Below, one piece after another: positions 1 to 12,501 of a stretch of DNA of 64,000 nucleotides. Under the pieces are notes generated by a model that was not told the origin of the DNA, did not search any database, and saw only the letters and a list, made by a program, of their open reading frames with translations. Within the stretch, counting starts at the first letter, position 1. Every line of letters starts with the position of its first letter. Position numbers and translations under genes: made by a program. Location of the stretch: the NCBI GenBank assembly GCA_036785375.1, contig JAWMAR010000006.1, positions 992,001-1,056,000 of the forward strand, read 5' to 3'. This DNA comes from Leucoraja ocellata (lineage: Eukaryota).

Positions 1-69
1 ATTCTGTTCACAGACTTAAAGACGAGCCACGGGTGTCGGGAAAGATCAAGGACATGATTAACAGTCACA

Positions 70-365
70 AAATAGAAATGCGTTAAAGATCTTAACATGA
101 GGGGAGCAAAGATTAAAGAACTAAACTGCAGGCTAACCTTTTACAGAGGTGGGGGCCTGGAACCCACTATCAGGGGAGATCGCAGTGGAGGCAGATATGA
201 TAGTGGTGTTCAAGAGGCGTTTGGATAGGCACATGGATATGCAGGGAATGGAGGAATATGGATCATGTGCAGCCAGATAAGGGTTTGCCTTGGCATCATG
301 TTAAGCACAGACATTGTGAGGTGAAGGGCCTGTTCCTGGGCTCTACTGTTCTAAGTTCTGTGTTC
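70..365 (+). mobile_element. CR1 (HER1-like) LINE 3' fragment
   Basis: tggaac..ct...gtggaggcagat...tttaag...ttggataggcacatg...gaagggcctgt CR1 tail. Confidence 0.75.
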
Positions 366-425
366 TAAAATGCACAAATAACTTGATAGAATTCTTGGTA
401 AAGGAACAGACAGGTTATTGAAGGA

Positions 426-610
426 AGGTACTCAAAAATGCTGGAGAAACTCAGCGGGTGCAGCAGCATCTATGGAGCGAAGGAAATAGGTAACGTTTCG
501 GGCCGAAACCCTTCTTCAGACCTTCGCTCCATAGATGCTGCTGCACCCACTGAGATTCTCCAGCATTTTTGTGTACCTTCGATTTTCCAGCATCTGCAGT
601 TCCTTCTTGA
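426..610. mobile_element. Short palindromic Penelope-derived unit with 16-bp TSD
   Basis: acaggttattgaagga at 410-425 and 611-626. Contains an inverted copy followed by a direct copy of the PLE terminal unit. Confidence 0.88.
492..519 (-). ncRNA. Minimal hammerhead ribozyme motif (PLE type)
   Basis: CUGAAGA-A-GGGU(UUCG)GCCC-GAAAC-GUU, with a possible AGGU/ACCU stem I. Confidence 0.65.
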
Positions 611-807
611 ACAGGTTATTGAAGGACATGTCATTGATGGAGTATATATTAAGCATTTGATATATAGCAACAAGGATAGAAAATTAGCCAGGACGGGACG
701 AATAGTAGTCAAAGGTTGCTTTTCACGTCCAAGGAAAATGTACAGTGGAGTTTCAATTGCATTGGATCACTGGCTCAAAGGTGCTTTATTGTCACATGTG
801 CATAGCT

Positions 808-1116
808 TTTTATTTATTTATTTATTTATTTATTAGAAGTAAGTACAATACAGTGGTACCTTTTTTCAGGTGCCAAATATATGTTAACATGATACATTCT
901 CTGTACAACTTAATTTTTTTTATTTTTTTAAAGAGAGAAATAAGAAAGAAAGAGATAGTAGAGAGTAGAAAAACATGTAATGTGTATAAACAAAGAGAGA
1001 GATAGTGAGGAAGAGAAATAAGGAAGAAGAGAGTGCAAGAGAGAGATTAGCAAATAGACAATAGGAGATGAGTTTTTATATTGTTGATCATCTTTCACCC
1101 AGTACATGTGCCCAGT
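808..1116 (-). mobile_element. L1/Tx1-like 3' UTR insertion with 14-bp TSD
   Basis: acatgtgcatagct at 794-807 and 1117-1130. A-rich tail (acttctaataaataaa) on the minus strand. Confidence 0.6.
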
Positions 1117-1552
1117 ACATGTGCATAGCTACAGAAAAAAATCTTTCTTTTACATGCAATCCAATACAATCTTATTCATGAGCAGAATCATTCCTTAGTA
1201 CATGGGTGCAACGATTATGACGTAATTTTTTCTCATGACCATTTTCTCAATGCCTTGCCTATTTAATGTCTCTCTGAACACTACTTAAGTATCGTAATTA
1301 TATTTCATTCCACCACCTATTCTCGCGGTACTTTCCAGACATCAACCACTTTCTATGTTAAATCGTTGTCCTCAAATACCCTTCAAAGCTCTTGCCTTTT
1401 GGCACAGCGCTTGTGATGCACTGGGCAGTGTCGACCATTCTCAGTAATCTCCTTTTTCCCTGGACATTCGTGTTGCTAAAGCAACCAGTCAGTATGTTCT
1501 CTACCATACACCTGCAGACGTTAAGGTTCTGAGAGAAAAATCTATTTGAGCT

Positions 1553-1856
1553 GCACGGTAGCACAGCGATAGAGGTGCTGCCTTGCAGCGCCAGAGACCC
1601 GGGTTCGATCCTGACTGCGGGTGCTGCCTTTATGGAGCTTGCACGTTCTCCCTGTGATTGCGTGGGTTTTCTCCGGATGCTCTGGTTTTCTCCCACAATC
1701 CAAAGACGTACAGGTTTGAAGGTTGATTGGGTTAAGTAAAAAATTGTAAATTGAACCTAATGTTTAGGATAGTGCTAGGGTAGGGGATGATCGCTGGTCA
1801 CCACGGACTCGGGCGGCCGAATGGCCAGTTTCCACGCTCCATCTCCAAAGTCTAAG
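1553..1856 (+). mobile_element. HE1/V-SINE (tRNA-derived)
   Basis: A box (tagcacagcgatag), B box (ggttcgatcc), V-domain core and CR1-like tail. Confidence 0.9.
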
Positions 1857-3324
1857 GAATTCGGCGATACAATATGAAGGAGATTGGCAAAAAAAAAGAT
1901 GCATTCTGTAGGGGTAGTTGTGGAGACAGAATCACTTGATGCATTTTAAAAAATGTATCTGAAAGGAAAGATATTTATAAGGGAGGAGCAAGGGTGGAAG
2001 AATGGGACCAACTGATAGCTATTAGACTTGATGAGCCAAATGGTTGATTTTGTGCTGTAAACACTCTGAGATGTTTTGATTCTTTGCTGAAATAAGCAGA
2101 CACTGAGGCAGAGGGCTGGAGAATGAAACCATAGACCTGAATTTAAATCCCATCAGATTTAAATTCATGTCAGTATATAATCCTGAAATGTATTTAGTTT
2201 TAAATTGATAATATCGGTAACTATAACACCACCAGATTGCTGTAAAAACCCATCTGGTCCATTAATCACTTGAATGGAAGGAATTTGTCCATGCTTACTT
2301 GTTCTGGTCTCCAGAACCTTAACTGCCTTGTTTTCAGGGGCAATTTGGGTTAGCAATCAAAGACCTCCTTGCGATGTAAAGGAACAAATAAAACAAGATG
2401 GGTTTTCCCACGGGAGTGACCAAATTGTTTGGGAGGTGCTTCCCACACACAAATGGACGCAGCACTTGGTGGGTCAATTTAGAAGGAACATTCTTGGTAA
2501 ACAATGGAGCTGAAACTGACTTTAATGTGTGGGGAGAATGGGGTGTAGAACAGAATGTGTCAACAATCATGAGTCAAGAATCAAAAGTCAAGAGTGTTTA
2601 ATTGCCATCTGTACTGACAACAGAACAATGACATTCTCTTATTTGCTGCAGCTTTACAAGCCCATTAATACATTAATACACAAATAAATATACAATGATC
2701 AGTAATACAATAAATTAACAATCAGTAATACGTGGTAACCAGACCGTCATAGTGGAAAACTAAAGTGTCAAGTCAGGTCGTGCATTCTTAAATTAATCTG
2801 CATATAGCGTTTGAATACTGTTGACTCGAATTAATTGTAAAGTTACACAAAATAAAAATGCCATAGCCTATACAATCCTAATTAAATGTGAATATTGGTA
2901 AGCATACAATTAAGCAAATAGCTAGAAGTGTCTTCGGGAGAGGATAAAATTATTAAAAACATGAACTTTTTACACTCTGCTAAACAAGTGAATAAAATTT
3001 AAAACCTTAGAGATTGGTGAAACAAGTTGTTTGTAATACGAGTCATTACCACCTAGTAGTAGGATGCATTAGTTGTGCTAAACAGTCATGGAAGAAAGAA
3101 GAAGCAAAGAATACAAGTTAAACTTGTTTACTTTTATTCACATTGATTCTACTTATTTCAAATGTTGGAATAGAACATAGGCTGAATCATGCATATTCGC
3201 ACATATGTTTAAAAGTTGCCAGCCTTCATGTGGTTTAAATAAATGCATTATTATAGTTTATCTCTACGGTATTAACTCCTTCACTCATTCCATCAAATAT
3301 TCTTAGTGCAAAAGTCCAGCAACT

Positions 3325-3630
3325 GGGTGCGGTGGTAGAGTTGCTGCCTGACAGCGCCAGAGACCTGGGTTTGATTCTGACTATGGGTGCTATCTGTATG
3401 GAGTTTGTGCATTCTCCCTGTGACTATGTGGGTTTTCTCCTGGTGCTACCATTTCCTCCCAGACTCCAAAGACGTACAGGTTTGTAGGTTAATTGGCTTC
3501 GGTTAAAAAATAAGTACATTTAGCCCTAGTGTGTATGATAGTGCAAGTGTATGAGGTGATCGCTGGTCGGCGTAGACCCGGTGGATCGAAGGGTCTATTT
3601 CGGTGCTGTATCTCTGAAGTCTAAAGTCCA
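3325..3630 (+). mobile_element. HE1/V-SINE
   Basis: Same head/core/tail. Confidence 0.88.
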
Positions 3631-5288
3631 AACTGGTTCAAAGTTACATCAGGTAAAAATGATATTGGCGTTTGTCAGTTGATGAAATTTGCTTTAAGGT
3701 GATTGAAACTTGAAAAATATAATGTTTATGAAACAAGAGTAGATTCTTGTAGAGTAGAATCAAATTAAGTTGCAAATGTGCATTGAATCCATTCATTCTG
3801 ATCCGCTTTGGGTTGCTACCAGAGAGACCAATGACTATTAGAAGTCCAACTGGCTTATTAATACTATTCAGAGTCTGCAATCCATCGCCCCATGTTGGAG
3901 TGACCTAAACGACTACTGTACAACGCTAATTGGCGGACTTTTAACACCCTCTGAGGTGGTCTTGCAGTTACCCAGTGGTCAGGGCAACCAGAGGAAGACA
4001 ATGCAAGTGCTTTATCTGATGTGTTCCTATCCTGTGTGCAGCCAACACTACAATGTTTCAGGCTGTTTTCACCTCCGGAGACAAATTGTTTTCTAATGTC
4101 TTTGACCGATTTAAATGGCTCGATTGTAAACTTAGATGGCTTGATTGTAATCATGTATTGTCTTTTCTGATGACTGGATAGCACGCACAAAAGCTTTTCA
4201 CTGTACCTCGGTACATATAACAGTAAACTAAACTAACTAATCTTAGCCACAGAAGTGGGATGCAACATTGCTGGATCACTACGTTTTACTCCCTTATCAT
4301 GTATCTATACACTGTAAATGGCTCGACTGTAATCATGTATCGTCTTTCCGCTGACTGGCTAGCATGCAACAAAAGCTTTTCAACGTACACATGACAATAA
4401 ACCAAACTAATTAACATTGAGGGAGCATTACAAGCCAAGTAATAATCAAAGCCTATTTTTGAGCAGCTCATGACAGAAGGGGTTAAAATCGAGGCCAAGT
4501 CTCAGCAATGGCTTTTGCCGTTACCTGTTGTGAAACTGAACACCATTGCAGCTGTTCTGAATAAAGATACATCATAGCACGGTGGATTTGGACCAACTGA
4601 AAGCCCTTTTCCTGTGAAGCTGTTCCAAGGACCCTTTTGGTTTATGCATTTCCAATTCTCGCTTCCATGATATCTGCTGAAGAAGTCGCCATTATTTTGA
4701 CTGGAAGTCGAAGATATCTCGAATCACATCAAAGGTGCGATTATTTTAGATAATTCTTTGGGAGGTCTTCCCTTTTACATTCTCCAACAATTAGTCCCAC
4801 AGAGCGTTAGTCTTATAAGTAACTGATGCACTTTAAAGAAAGAAAGATTTGCCTTCGCAAAACAGCTTTCATTTCATTTCCTACAGTGAACTTTACTTCC
4901 CCATTGTAGTCTCTGCTGTAACATAGGAACACAGCAGGTTACAAATGCGTTGCAAGCTCCCATAAGAACAACATGATAATGGCCATAGACAATGATGTTG
5001 GTTGCAGTATAGGCAGAGGACACCCGAGTGTATTTAACGTCCCACTTGTCAGATTGGTGCCCTAGACGTGCTGCACTCCCTCAATACTTCACTGTCACAT
5101 TTTATTAGCCTTGTTCTTTTGTTGTCAAGCCACTGGCATGGAACTTCAACCTATCTCCTTTTGACTCTGAAATGCCACCAACAGTCACAGCTAATGCCAC
5201 TGGTAAAGGTGTAGCCTTTAATTGTTGATATAATTTTGCACTACAATCTCATAACATCATTGGATCAAACAGAGTTGTCATAGAGTCT

Positions 5289-5650
5289 TAGTTTAGTTTA
5301 GTTTAAAGATACAGTACGGAAACAGGCCCTTCAGCCAAACGAATCCATGCCGAGCAGTGGTCCCCGCACATTAAAACTATCCTACACACACTAGGGGCAA
5401 TTTATAATGTTACCAAGCCAATTAGCCTACAAATTGACCTCATGGGTTTCTTCTGGGTGTCCAGTTTCCTCCCATATCCCAAAGACGTGCGGTTTTGTAC
5501 GTTAATTGGCTTCTGTAACATTGCCCCTAATGTACAGGCAGTGGGATAACTGAACTAGTGTTGACGGCTGATCAAAGGTTGGCATTCACTCGGTGGGCCG
5601 ATTCTATCCAGTTTCTATGCTGTATCTCTAAACGAAACTAGACTAAACCA
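5289..5650. mobile_element. Two V-SINE 3' halves fused in inverted orientation
   Basis: Minus half 5289-5435 and plus half 5436-5650. Confidence 0.85.
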
Positions 5651-5754
5651 AATGATTAGCTATTTCTCTGAGGGACAGTTGTCATCATTGTCTGTGGCAT
5701 CACATTTTGGTCTCTCTAGCTGGACTCATACAAGTCTGCATCTGGTAGCAAGGA

Positions 5755-6175
5755 GAGTCAAGTCAAGTCAAGTTTATTCGTCACATCCACAAACGAGATG
5801 TGCAGTGAAATGAAAAGTGGCAATGCTCGCGGACTTTGTGCAAAAAGACAAACAACAAACTACAAACAGAATGTAACAGAACCACATATTCTTTTCCATA
5901 TTAAATATTGTGGGCGGAAGAAAAAAGGGAAAAAACAGCTATTTAAAAAAAAGCAGTAGAGTGGTACAGTACAGTTAGTCCCTGGTGAGATAGGAGTTTG
6001 AGTCCGAATGGCCTCTGGGGAAAAAACTCCTTCTCAACCTCTCCGTTCTCACAGCATGGCAACGGAGGCGTTTGCCTGACCGTAGCAGCTGGAACAGTCC
6101 GTTGCATGGGGTGGAAGGGGTCTCCCATGATTTTATTGGCTCTGGAGTTGCACCTCCTGATGTATAGTTCCTGCA

Positions 6176-6176
<1 letters not shown>
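5755..6176 (-). mobile_element. Rex1/Babar-like LINE 3' fragment
   Basis: LQELYIRRC..RANKIMGDPFHP...LL.SGKRLR....RTERLRRSFFP with a (cttga)n tail. Confidence 0.75.
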
Positions 6177-6209
<33 letters not shown>

Positions 6210-6375
6210 GGATGATAGAGATGATAGGGTTTTGTATTCGGGTGGATTACAGAGAGTTTTCACATAATTCCATGCAAGGGCCTGGTGGCTTGTCTCTTTG
6301 TGCTTCTGCTATTCCACGATTAGTTTCACTTCCATCACCGTCTCTCCCCCCCCTCCCCCCCCCCCCTCCCCCGCC
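6176..6375. repeat. Poly-G tract and opposing poly-C tract
   Basis: G run at 6176-6208 and C-rich run at 6345-6377. Confidence 0.85.
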
Positions 6376-6879
6376 CTCAGCTCCAACCTGGCTCCCAGTC
6401 CATTTGGTGCTTGGCAGCAAAGGGCCAGCTCTTAGATTCATCTTTCTAAACTGTTTGGAGAGCTATGGCCTTCTCCGTGGGAAATGAACCTTAAACCCAT
6501 AAAAAAAACCAAAGTTACATTATTACTTTATTTCATTTCATTGCTCCCCCCCCCCCCCCTCCCTAGTTGGCAAGGAAGCGTGGCTTGAGCTTCATATTAT
6601 TTTGAAAACCCTTAGTGTGAAGCCAGCATTGAGATGAGTGCTGATTTGAAAAGGCATAGTTTTGATGGAGAATTGCCAGCAAAGAAATATAGGCATTCTG
6701 GGCAAATATATATATTTCTGCTCCCTACTGACTATGTCAATGGTACAAGATGTTTATGAAATAGTTATGAATACATGACAGCAACAATATCATGTTATTT
6801 TCCCGTAATGGAGGGACCCCTCCTCTTGGTGCTTTGCACAATGATGCATCCAACACTTTGTAAATGTATCATATTAATT

Positions 6880-7032
6880 TAATTTAGTTTAGAGATACAG
6901 AGCGGGAAACAGGCCCCTGCAGTCCACCGAGTCTACCCCGACAAGCGATCCATGCACATTCAAACCATCCTCCGCACACTAGGGATAATTAGCAATTTTA
7001 TCAAGCCAATTAGCCTACAAGCCCGTGTGTCT
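6880..7032 (-). mobile_element. V-SINE 3' half
   Basis: tttagagatacag...gaaacaggccc...caattagcctacaa. Confidence 0.8.
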
Positions 7033-7449
7033 ATTTTGGAACAGCAAAAGCATAGAGAGGAAAGCCAGCATGTTCAAGGTGAGACCTATTGTACTCATGT
7101 AGCCCACTAAAGAAGCTTTTCACTGTACCCCTGTACACATGACAATGTGTAAACCAAACCAAACCAAGGGAAGAATGAATGGCAATCTTATAGAATGATA
7201 AAATATTCTGAGGGGCCTTGATTCTGCATGGATATACCCCCTTGTGGAGATATATAGAACTAGGAGGTCATAGAACAAGGGTAAAAGGCTTCTGATTAAG
7301 ACTGGGATGAAGATGAATTTTGTTTTGAGGAGGGTTGTGAATCTTTGGAATACATCCTGTGGGAATTTGTGAACAAAACCTGGGCACATTTGGTAAAAAA
7401 ACATAAAACAATAAGTGGTGGATTGTTTTGCATTGAAAGGAAATAAATT

Positions 7450-7757
7450 AAAAGATACAGCATGGAAACAGGCTCATCGGCCCACTAAGTTCACGCTGTC
7501 CATCGAATATCATTTACACATTTGCATCCACTCCCTACACATTTGGGGAAATTTAGAGGCCAATTTACCTATAAAACCGCACGTCTTTGGGATGTGCTTT
7601 AAAACTGGATCACCTGGGGAAAGAGCGGACTTAGGGAAAGAGCGGACTCAGGCGATCTCAGGGAAAATGTGCAAACTCCACACAGACAACACCCGAGGTC
7701 AGACTCAAACTCGGATCTCTGGTGCTTTGTGGCAATAGCTGCACGACTGTACTGCCC
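7450..7757 (-). mobile_element. HE1/V-SINE
   Basis: Full reverse-complement match. Confidence 0.82.
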
Positions 7758-9199
7758 ATTATTATGGTTACTTAGTATTAGGGTTGTTGATTTATTCTAT
7801 CTTTAATTATTATATATTTATCTGTGTGACTACTGCTTTAACGGGCCTGTTAGGCTGCAACAAGTAAGAACTTAATTGCCCCGTTGCCGGTACATATGAC
7901 AACGAAACGCTCATGGCGTCTCTCATGACTCTTGAATAATTACACAATGCGGCATTTCCCCATTTCCCGTTAGAAACAACTCTAACCATCCTGATTCACA
8001 ATGCCATTGTGCCAAGATTCAGCTGTAGGCCCATGACCCCAGAAAAAAGACTGGGTCTTTCCAAATTCCTTCTATGTGACACATTTAAAGCTGTATGCAG
8101 AAGAATTTTGCCTAATCAGTCTGTGCTGGAGCGAATTCAAGACCAGAAAGTTCACTCTGTAAACTTCATAAATTCTTCATCTGTTTAGTTCTGGGTACTT
8201 ACCATTTATAAGAAAGCTCTTCATCTGTATAAGTTTATATGTTGAATTTTTCCCAAACTGCAGATATTAAACAGGCAACAAACACTGTGCTGGGATGAAG
8301 ATGTAGAATTATACCATGTACTCAAGTCAATTGGGATACAATGCTTGTCTTTAAATGTTACTCAGTCATCCATAAGATGGAAAGCAAAATCATCTTAGCA
8401 GTAGATCAGACGTTGACTATCAAATGCTTTACACAGTATTTATTCAATAGGTTTATATCACTGAGTGAATATTTTCAGCATTACGAAGACATTTGTTTCT
8501 ATGAAACAAAAACAGAAAATGCAGCATCTGTGAAAGGAAAAAACAGTTTAGTATTTCAGGTCAATGCAATTACTCTACCTGTTTTAACAAAAATGGTAAG
8601 ATTCAATGATTCAATGATACTTTATTGTCATCATATGAACCTAGGTAAAGTGATTTTTTTTTGTTTTTGCATACAATACACAAAGTACACAAATGGGTCG
8701 CTATGTTTCCAGTGACAACAAAGTTACAAAAGGGCTTCTCACTAGAGTCATGTGGGTCCTTCTTTATTCTCACCACCCACCCCCCCCCCCCTCCCCCCCC
8801 CCTCCCCACCCCCGGCTCCCTATTTGTATAAGGTGGCTGCCCCTCACCACTTACCTCTTTGTTCTTGTCGGCGGGTCCAACCGACTCAGAACGGCCACCG
8901 GAACTTCAATGCTATTGAGTTCAGCTCAGTAACATGACAAATAGAAAGAATATCCATTGATATTATCTATTGACAGGGACTGAGTGAATGTGTAGAGAGA
9001 TAGGGGCAAATGGAGTTAGCGTAGATTGGTAAAAAACAAAGTGCTGGGGGAATGCAACAGGCTTGGCTGCATCTGTGGAGGGAGATGGATGGATGATGTT
9101 TCGGGTGGGGATATAGACGCAAGGAACTGCAGATGCTGGATTATAAGGGAAGGCATAAAATGCTGGAGCAATTCAGTGGGTCAGGCAGCATGGATAGGA

Positions 9200-9484
9200 C
9201 AGCACAGTGACACAGCGGTAGAGCTGCTGCCTTACAGTGCCAGAGACCTGGGTTCGATCCTGACTACAGATGCTGTCTGCACAGAGTTTGTACATTCTCC
9301 CTATGGGTTTCTTTGGTTTCCTCCTACACTCCAAAGACGTACAGGTTTGCAGGTTAATTGGCTTGGTATAATTGTAAGTTGCCCCTGGTGTGTGCAGAAT
9401 AGTTAATGTGTGGGGATCTGTGGTCAGCGCAGACTCAGTGGGCTGAAGGGCCTGTTTCCGCAATGTAGCTCTCAACTAAACTAA
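9200..9484 (+). mobile_element. HE1/V-SINE nested in Penelope terminal units
   Basis: Full SINE. Penelope-unit sequence at 9050-9199, resuming at 9485. Confidence 0.88.
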
Positions 9485-9485
9485 G

Positions 9486-10260
9486 GTGATGTTTCGAGTT
9501 GGGTTCCTTCGCCAAACTGATTGTGGTATGGGGAGGAAGCTGGAAGAGGGATGAGGATGGGACAAAGCCAGAGGAAGAGATGTGAGTGGGAATTGATGGA
9601 GGGAGATATAGGAAAAGGGGAGAGAAGGGATAAATAAGGGGGAGAAAGGGGGGGTTAGTTACCTAAAATTTTGAGAGTCCAATGTTCATATCATTGGGTT
9701 GTAAGTTACCCAGATGAAATATAAAGTGCTATTCCTCCAGTTTCCATGTGACCTCACTCTGGCAATAGAGGAGGCCCAGGACAGAAAGGTTAGTATGGGA
9801 GTGAGAAGGGTCGTTAAAAACATTAGCTACTGGGAGATGGTCGACAAGCGGTTGATGGTCAGTGAAATGGTCGACGATTCTACATTTGATCTAGCTGATG
9901 TAAAGGAGGACGCATCGACAGCACCTGATGCAGTAGATGCAGGAATAGTTTCTTCCCCGCTGTTATCAGGCAACTGAATCATCCTACTACAACTAGAGAG
10001 CAGCCCTGAACTATCTACCTCATTGGTGACCCTCAGACTACCTTTGATCGGACTTTACTGGCTTTACCTGCACAAAACATCCCTGCCCTTATAACCTGCC
10101 CTTATCATGTATCTACACGCTGTAAATGGCTTGATTGTAATCATGTATTGTTTTTCTGCTGACTGTGTAGCACACAAAAAAAGCTTTTCACTGTGCCTCA
10201 GTACACGTGACAATAAACTAAACTGAACTGGTAGATGATGTTAGCGGAGGTGCACGTGAA
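9486..10260 (-). mobile_element. Penelope-like element 3' part (GIY-YIG endonuclease remnant and terminal region)
   Basis: The minus strand reads FTCTSANIIY / IYCIRCCRCVLLYI / LSVLGLLYCQSE..KLEE.HFIFHLGNLQPNDMNI. It is interrupted by a LINE tail at 9940-10230. Confidence 0.85.
9940..10230 (+). mobile_element. Rex1/Babar-like LINE 3' end with 7-bp TSD
   Basis: RNSFFPAVIRQLN then 3' UTR ending caataaactaaac. gtagatg at 9933-9939 and 10231-10237. Confidence 0.8.
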
Positions 10261-10566
10261 GGGGGTATAAAAGGATAAGCAAAACGCGTAAAAAAAAGAT
10301 CATGGCCAGAATGGATGAGATGGGCCGAAAGGGCCTGGTTCCGTGCCGTATGTTTATGATTCAACACTTTCTGCATTAGTGTTATACAGGATTAGGTGCA
10401 ATCAATTGCCTACTCCAAAGCGCCCCAGACCACAAATAAATGACAAGATAATCTTTCTATTAAATAAGTATTAGCCTTTTGTAAGAATTCCCCATCGCGG
10501 TTCACATCCTCCAGGCAACACATCTCCTCCAAATGACATTTCAGTGATTTTCTGATTTTCGGTATA

Positions 10567-10848
10567 TAGTTTAGTTAGATACAGCGTGGAAACAGGCCCT
10601 CTGAGCCCACACTAGCCATCGATCACCTGTACACTAGTTCTATTCTACACAAATTATGGACAGTTTACAGAAGCCAATTAACCTACAAGCCTTTTTGGAG
10701 TGAGGGAGCAAAAACTGGAGCACCCGGAGAAAACCCACGCAGTCACAGGAAGAATGTACAAACTCCATACAAAGAGCACCCATAGTCAGGATCAAACTGG
10801 GTCTCTGGTGCTGTAATGCTGCAACTCTACAACCACTGTGCCACTGTA
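10567..10848 (-). mobile_element. HE1/V-SINE
   Basis: Full reverse-complement match. Confidence 0.85.
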
Positions 10849-10915
10849 ACGTCCCCACAGTTTCTAGATAGCGAGAAGTGATTGTAGCAAGTAACCGAAC
10901 CAACGGTGATATTAA

Positions 10916-11197
10916 AGGGCCTGTCCCACTTGGGCGTCATTTGCACGTCATTTATGCGATATCATTTACGCGTCACAACGTGCGCATCGTGACGCGCACG
11001 TGATGTGAGCACAGTGCGCATTACGCACGCATGGTGCACATTACATGCGCTTGCTGTGCATTACGCGCGCATGGTGCGTGGTGACGTAGGCAGTGATGCG
11101 CGGTGGCACGCGGCGGCGTCCCAGGATTTAGGGATGTACAAAATCTTTGCGCGCTATCTGCGTGACGTGCAGATGACGCACAAGTGGGACAGGCCCT
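10916..11197. mobile_element. PIF/Harbinger-type MITE, internal type A
   Basis: TIR agggcctgtcccact extended to ~35 bp. TAA/TTA flanks. Internal ~20-bp gtgcgcattacgcgcgcatg repeats. Confidence 0.85.
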
Positions 11198-11734
11198 TTA
11201 GAGAGTATCCGCGCATAAAGTGCCCATTAGGCCATTGCATTTCAGGGACATCAGGAAGAGATAGCTCTATCGACAACTGGCAGTTAACTCCGATGTGTAA
11301 ACTAACTGAGCCGCCAGGGAAATACACAAACTGCCTTGGAACTCAGATTACATCCAGAGGGAAATCATGGCCGGAAGGACGGAAGACTACAGCTGTAATT
11401 GGGATGGTGAACATGAGAGATAAAGTGGCTGCCATCTCCCTGACACTGATCTCCTTACAGCCGCTGAAGAGAAACACTTATGAAATGGGTCAGTGGCTGT
11501 ACATTCCCCACATGGTGATTAAAATAAAATAACTTCATGAAAATAACATAAGTACTTAAACTCTGGTGTTTGTAATCTGGCTGAGAACGATATTTAGAAA
11601 AGGGCAATAAACAAAGACAAAGACAAAGATCGCGGCATTTTAGCTATTTCCTACCTAAGGTATAACAGTCAATTAGAGCATTGCATCCTGGACTCCAGAG
11701 ACTGTACACAATGACAAAGGAAGCAACATTGGCT

Positions 11735-12075
11735 TCTCTGGAGCTTCGAAGGCTAAGATCCTAATAATGGTTTTGAAAGTTATGGGAGGCATTGAAACAG
11801 TAGACAGTCAGAGTCTTTTTTTACAGGATGGAATTTTTGAATGTTATAGCTTTAAGGTCAGAGAGGGATAAGTTAAAGGAAATGTGCAGGGCAGTTTTTT
11901 AACACAAAGAGTGATGAGCGGCTGGAATTCACTGCTTGAGGTGGAGGTGTAGGCAGATATGATAGTGGTGTTAAATAGGCTTTTATATAGGTAAATGAAT
12001 ATGCAGGGAATGGAGGGGTATGGATCACATGCAGGCAGAGGAGACATTGTGGGCTGAAGGGCCTTGTCTTTGTAG
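11735..12075 (+). mobile_element. CR1 LINE 3' fragment
   Basis: tttaaggtcagagagg...ttttttaacacaaagagtg...tggaattcactgc...gggctgaagggcc. Confidence 0.75.
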
Positions 12076-12501
12076 CACAGGCCTGTAATAGAACAGCACA
12101 GCACAGTCTCAGTTGTTTAACTTGTCCCTCAGTTCCTGGATTTCAGAGATAGTTGCCATTTTTGAAAATAGGCTTCACCAAACCACGAGCCCTCAGTTTG
12201 GACTATTTGAGAATTTCCACCAAGATGGTGGGTTTGACTTGATAAAGTCATTTTAACATTTAATGAAGGCACAAGAAACTGCAGATGCTGGAATCTTGAG
12301 CAAAATGCAATGTACTAGAGGAACACAACGGGTCAGGCAGCATCGCTGGAGGACGTGATTAGGTGAAGTTTTGGGTTGGGACCCATCTTCAGACTGATTT
12401 TAGTAGAGGGGGGGGGGGAGGGGGTGAGCGGGATTAAGTCTGGCAAGTGATAAGTGAATCTTCCTTGGTTTCCTGACTTCTGGGGAAATAAATATTAACA
12501 A

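Noticed and set aside
438-836. Recurrent MLEKLSGCSSIYGAKEIG peptide (also near 33175 and 54870)
   Set aside because: It is the antisense reading of the non-coding Penelope terminal unit.
5943-6487. Poly-Pro/poly-Gly ORFs (also 8603-8937 and 47771-48020)
   Set aside because: Produced by G/C homopolymer tracts, whose lengths may also be sequencing-uncertain.
10912-11201. Kolobok/piggyBac (TTAA) assignment for the MITEs
   Set aside because: Copies inside known hosts (36605, 57769) show 3-bp TAA duplications, which fits PIF/Harbinger.
11005-11532. 175-aa ORF
   Set aside because: Starts inside a MITE, has no recognisable domain and no splice support.
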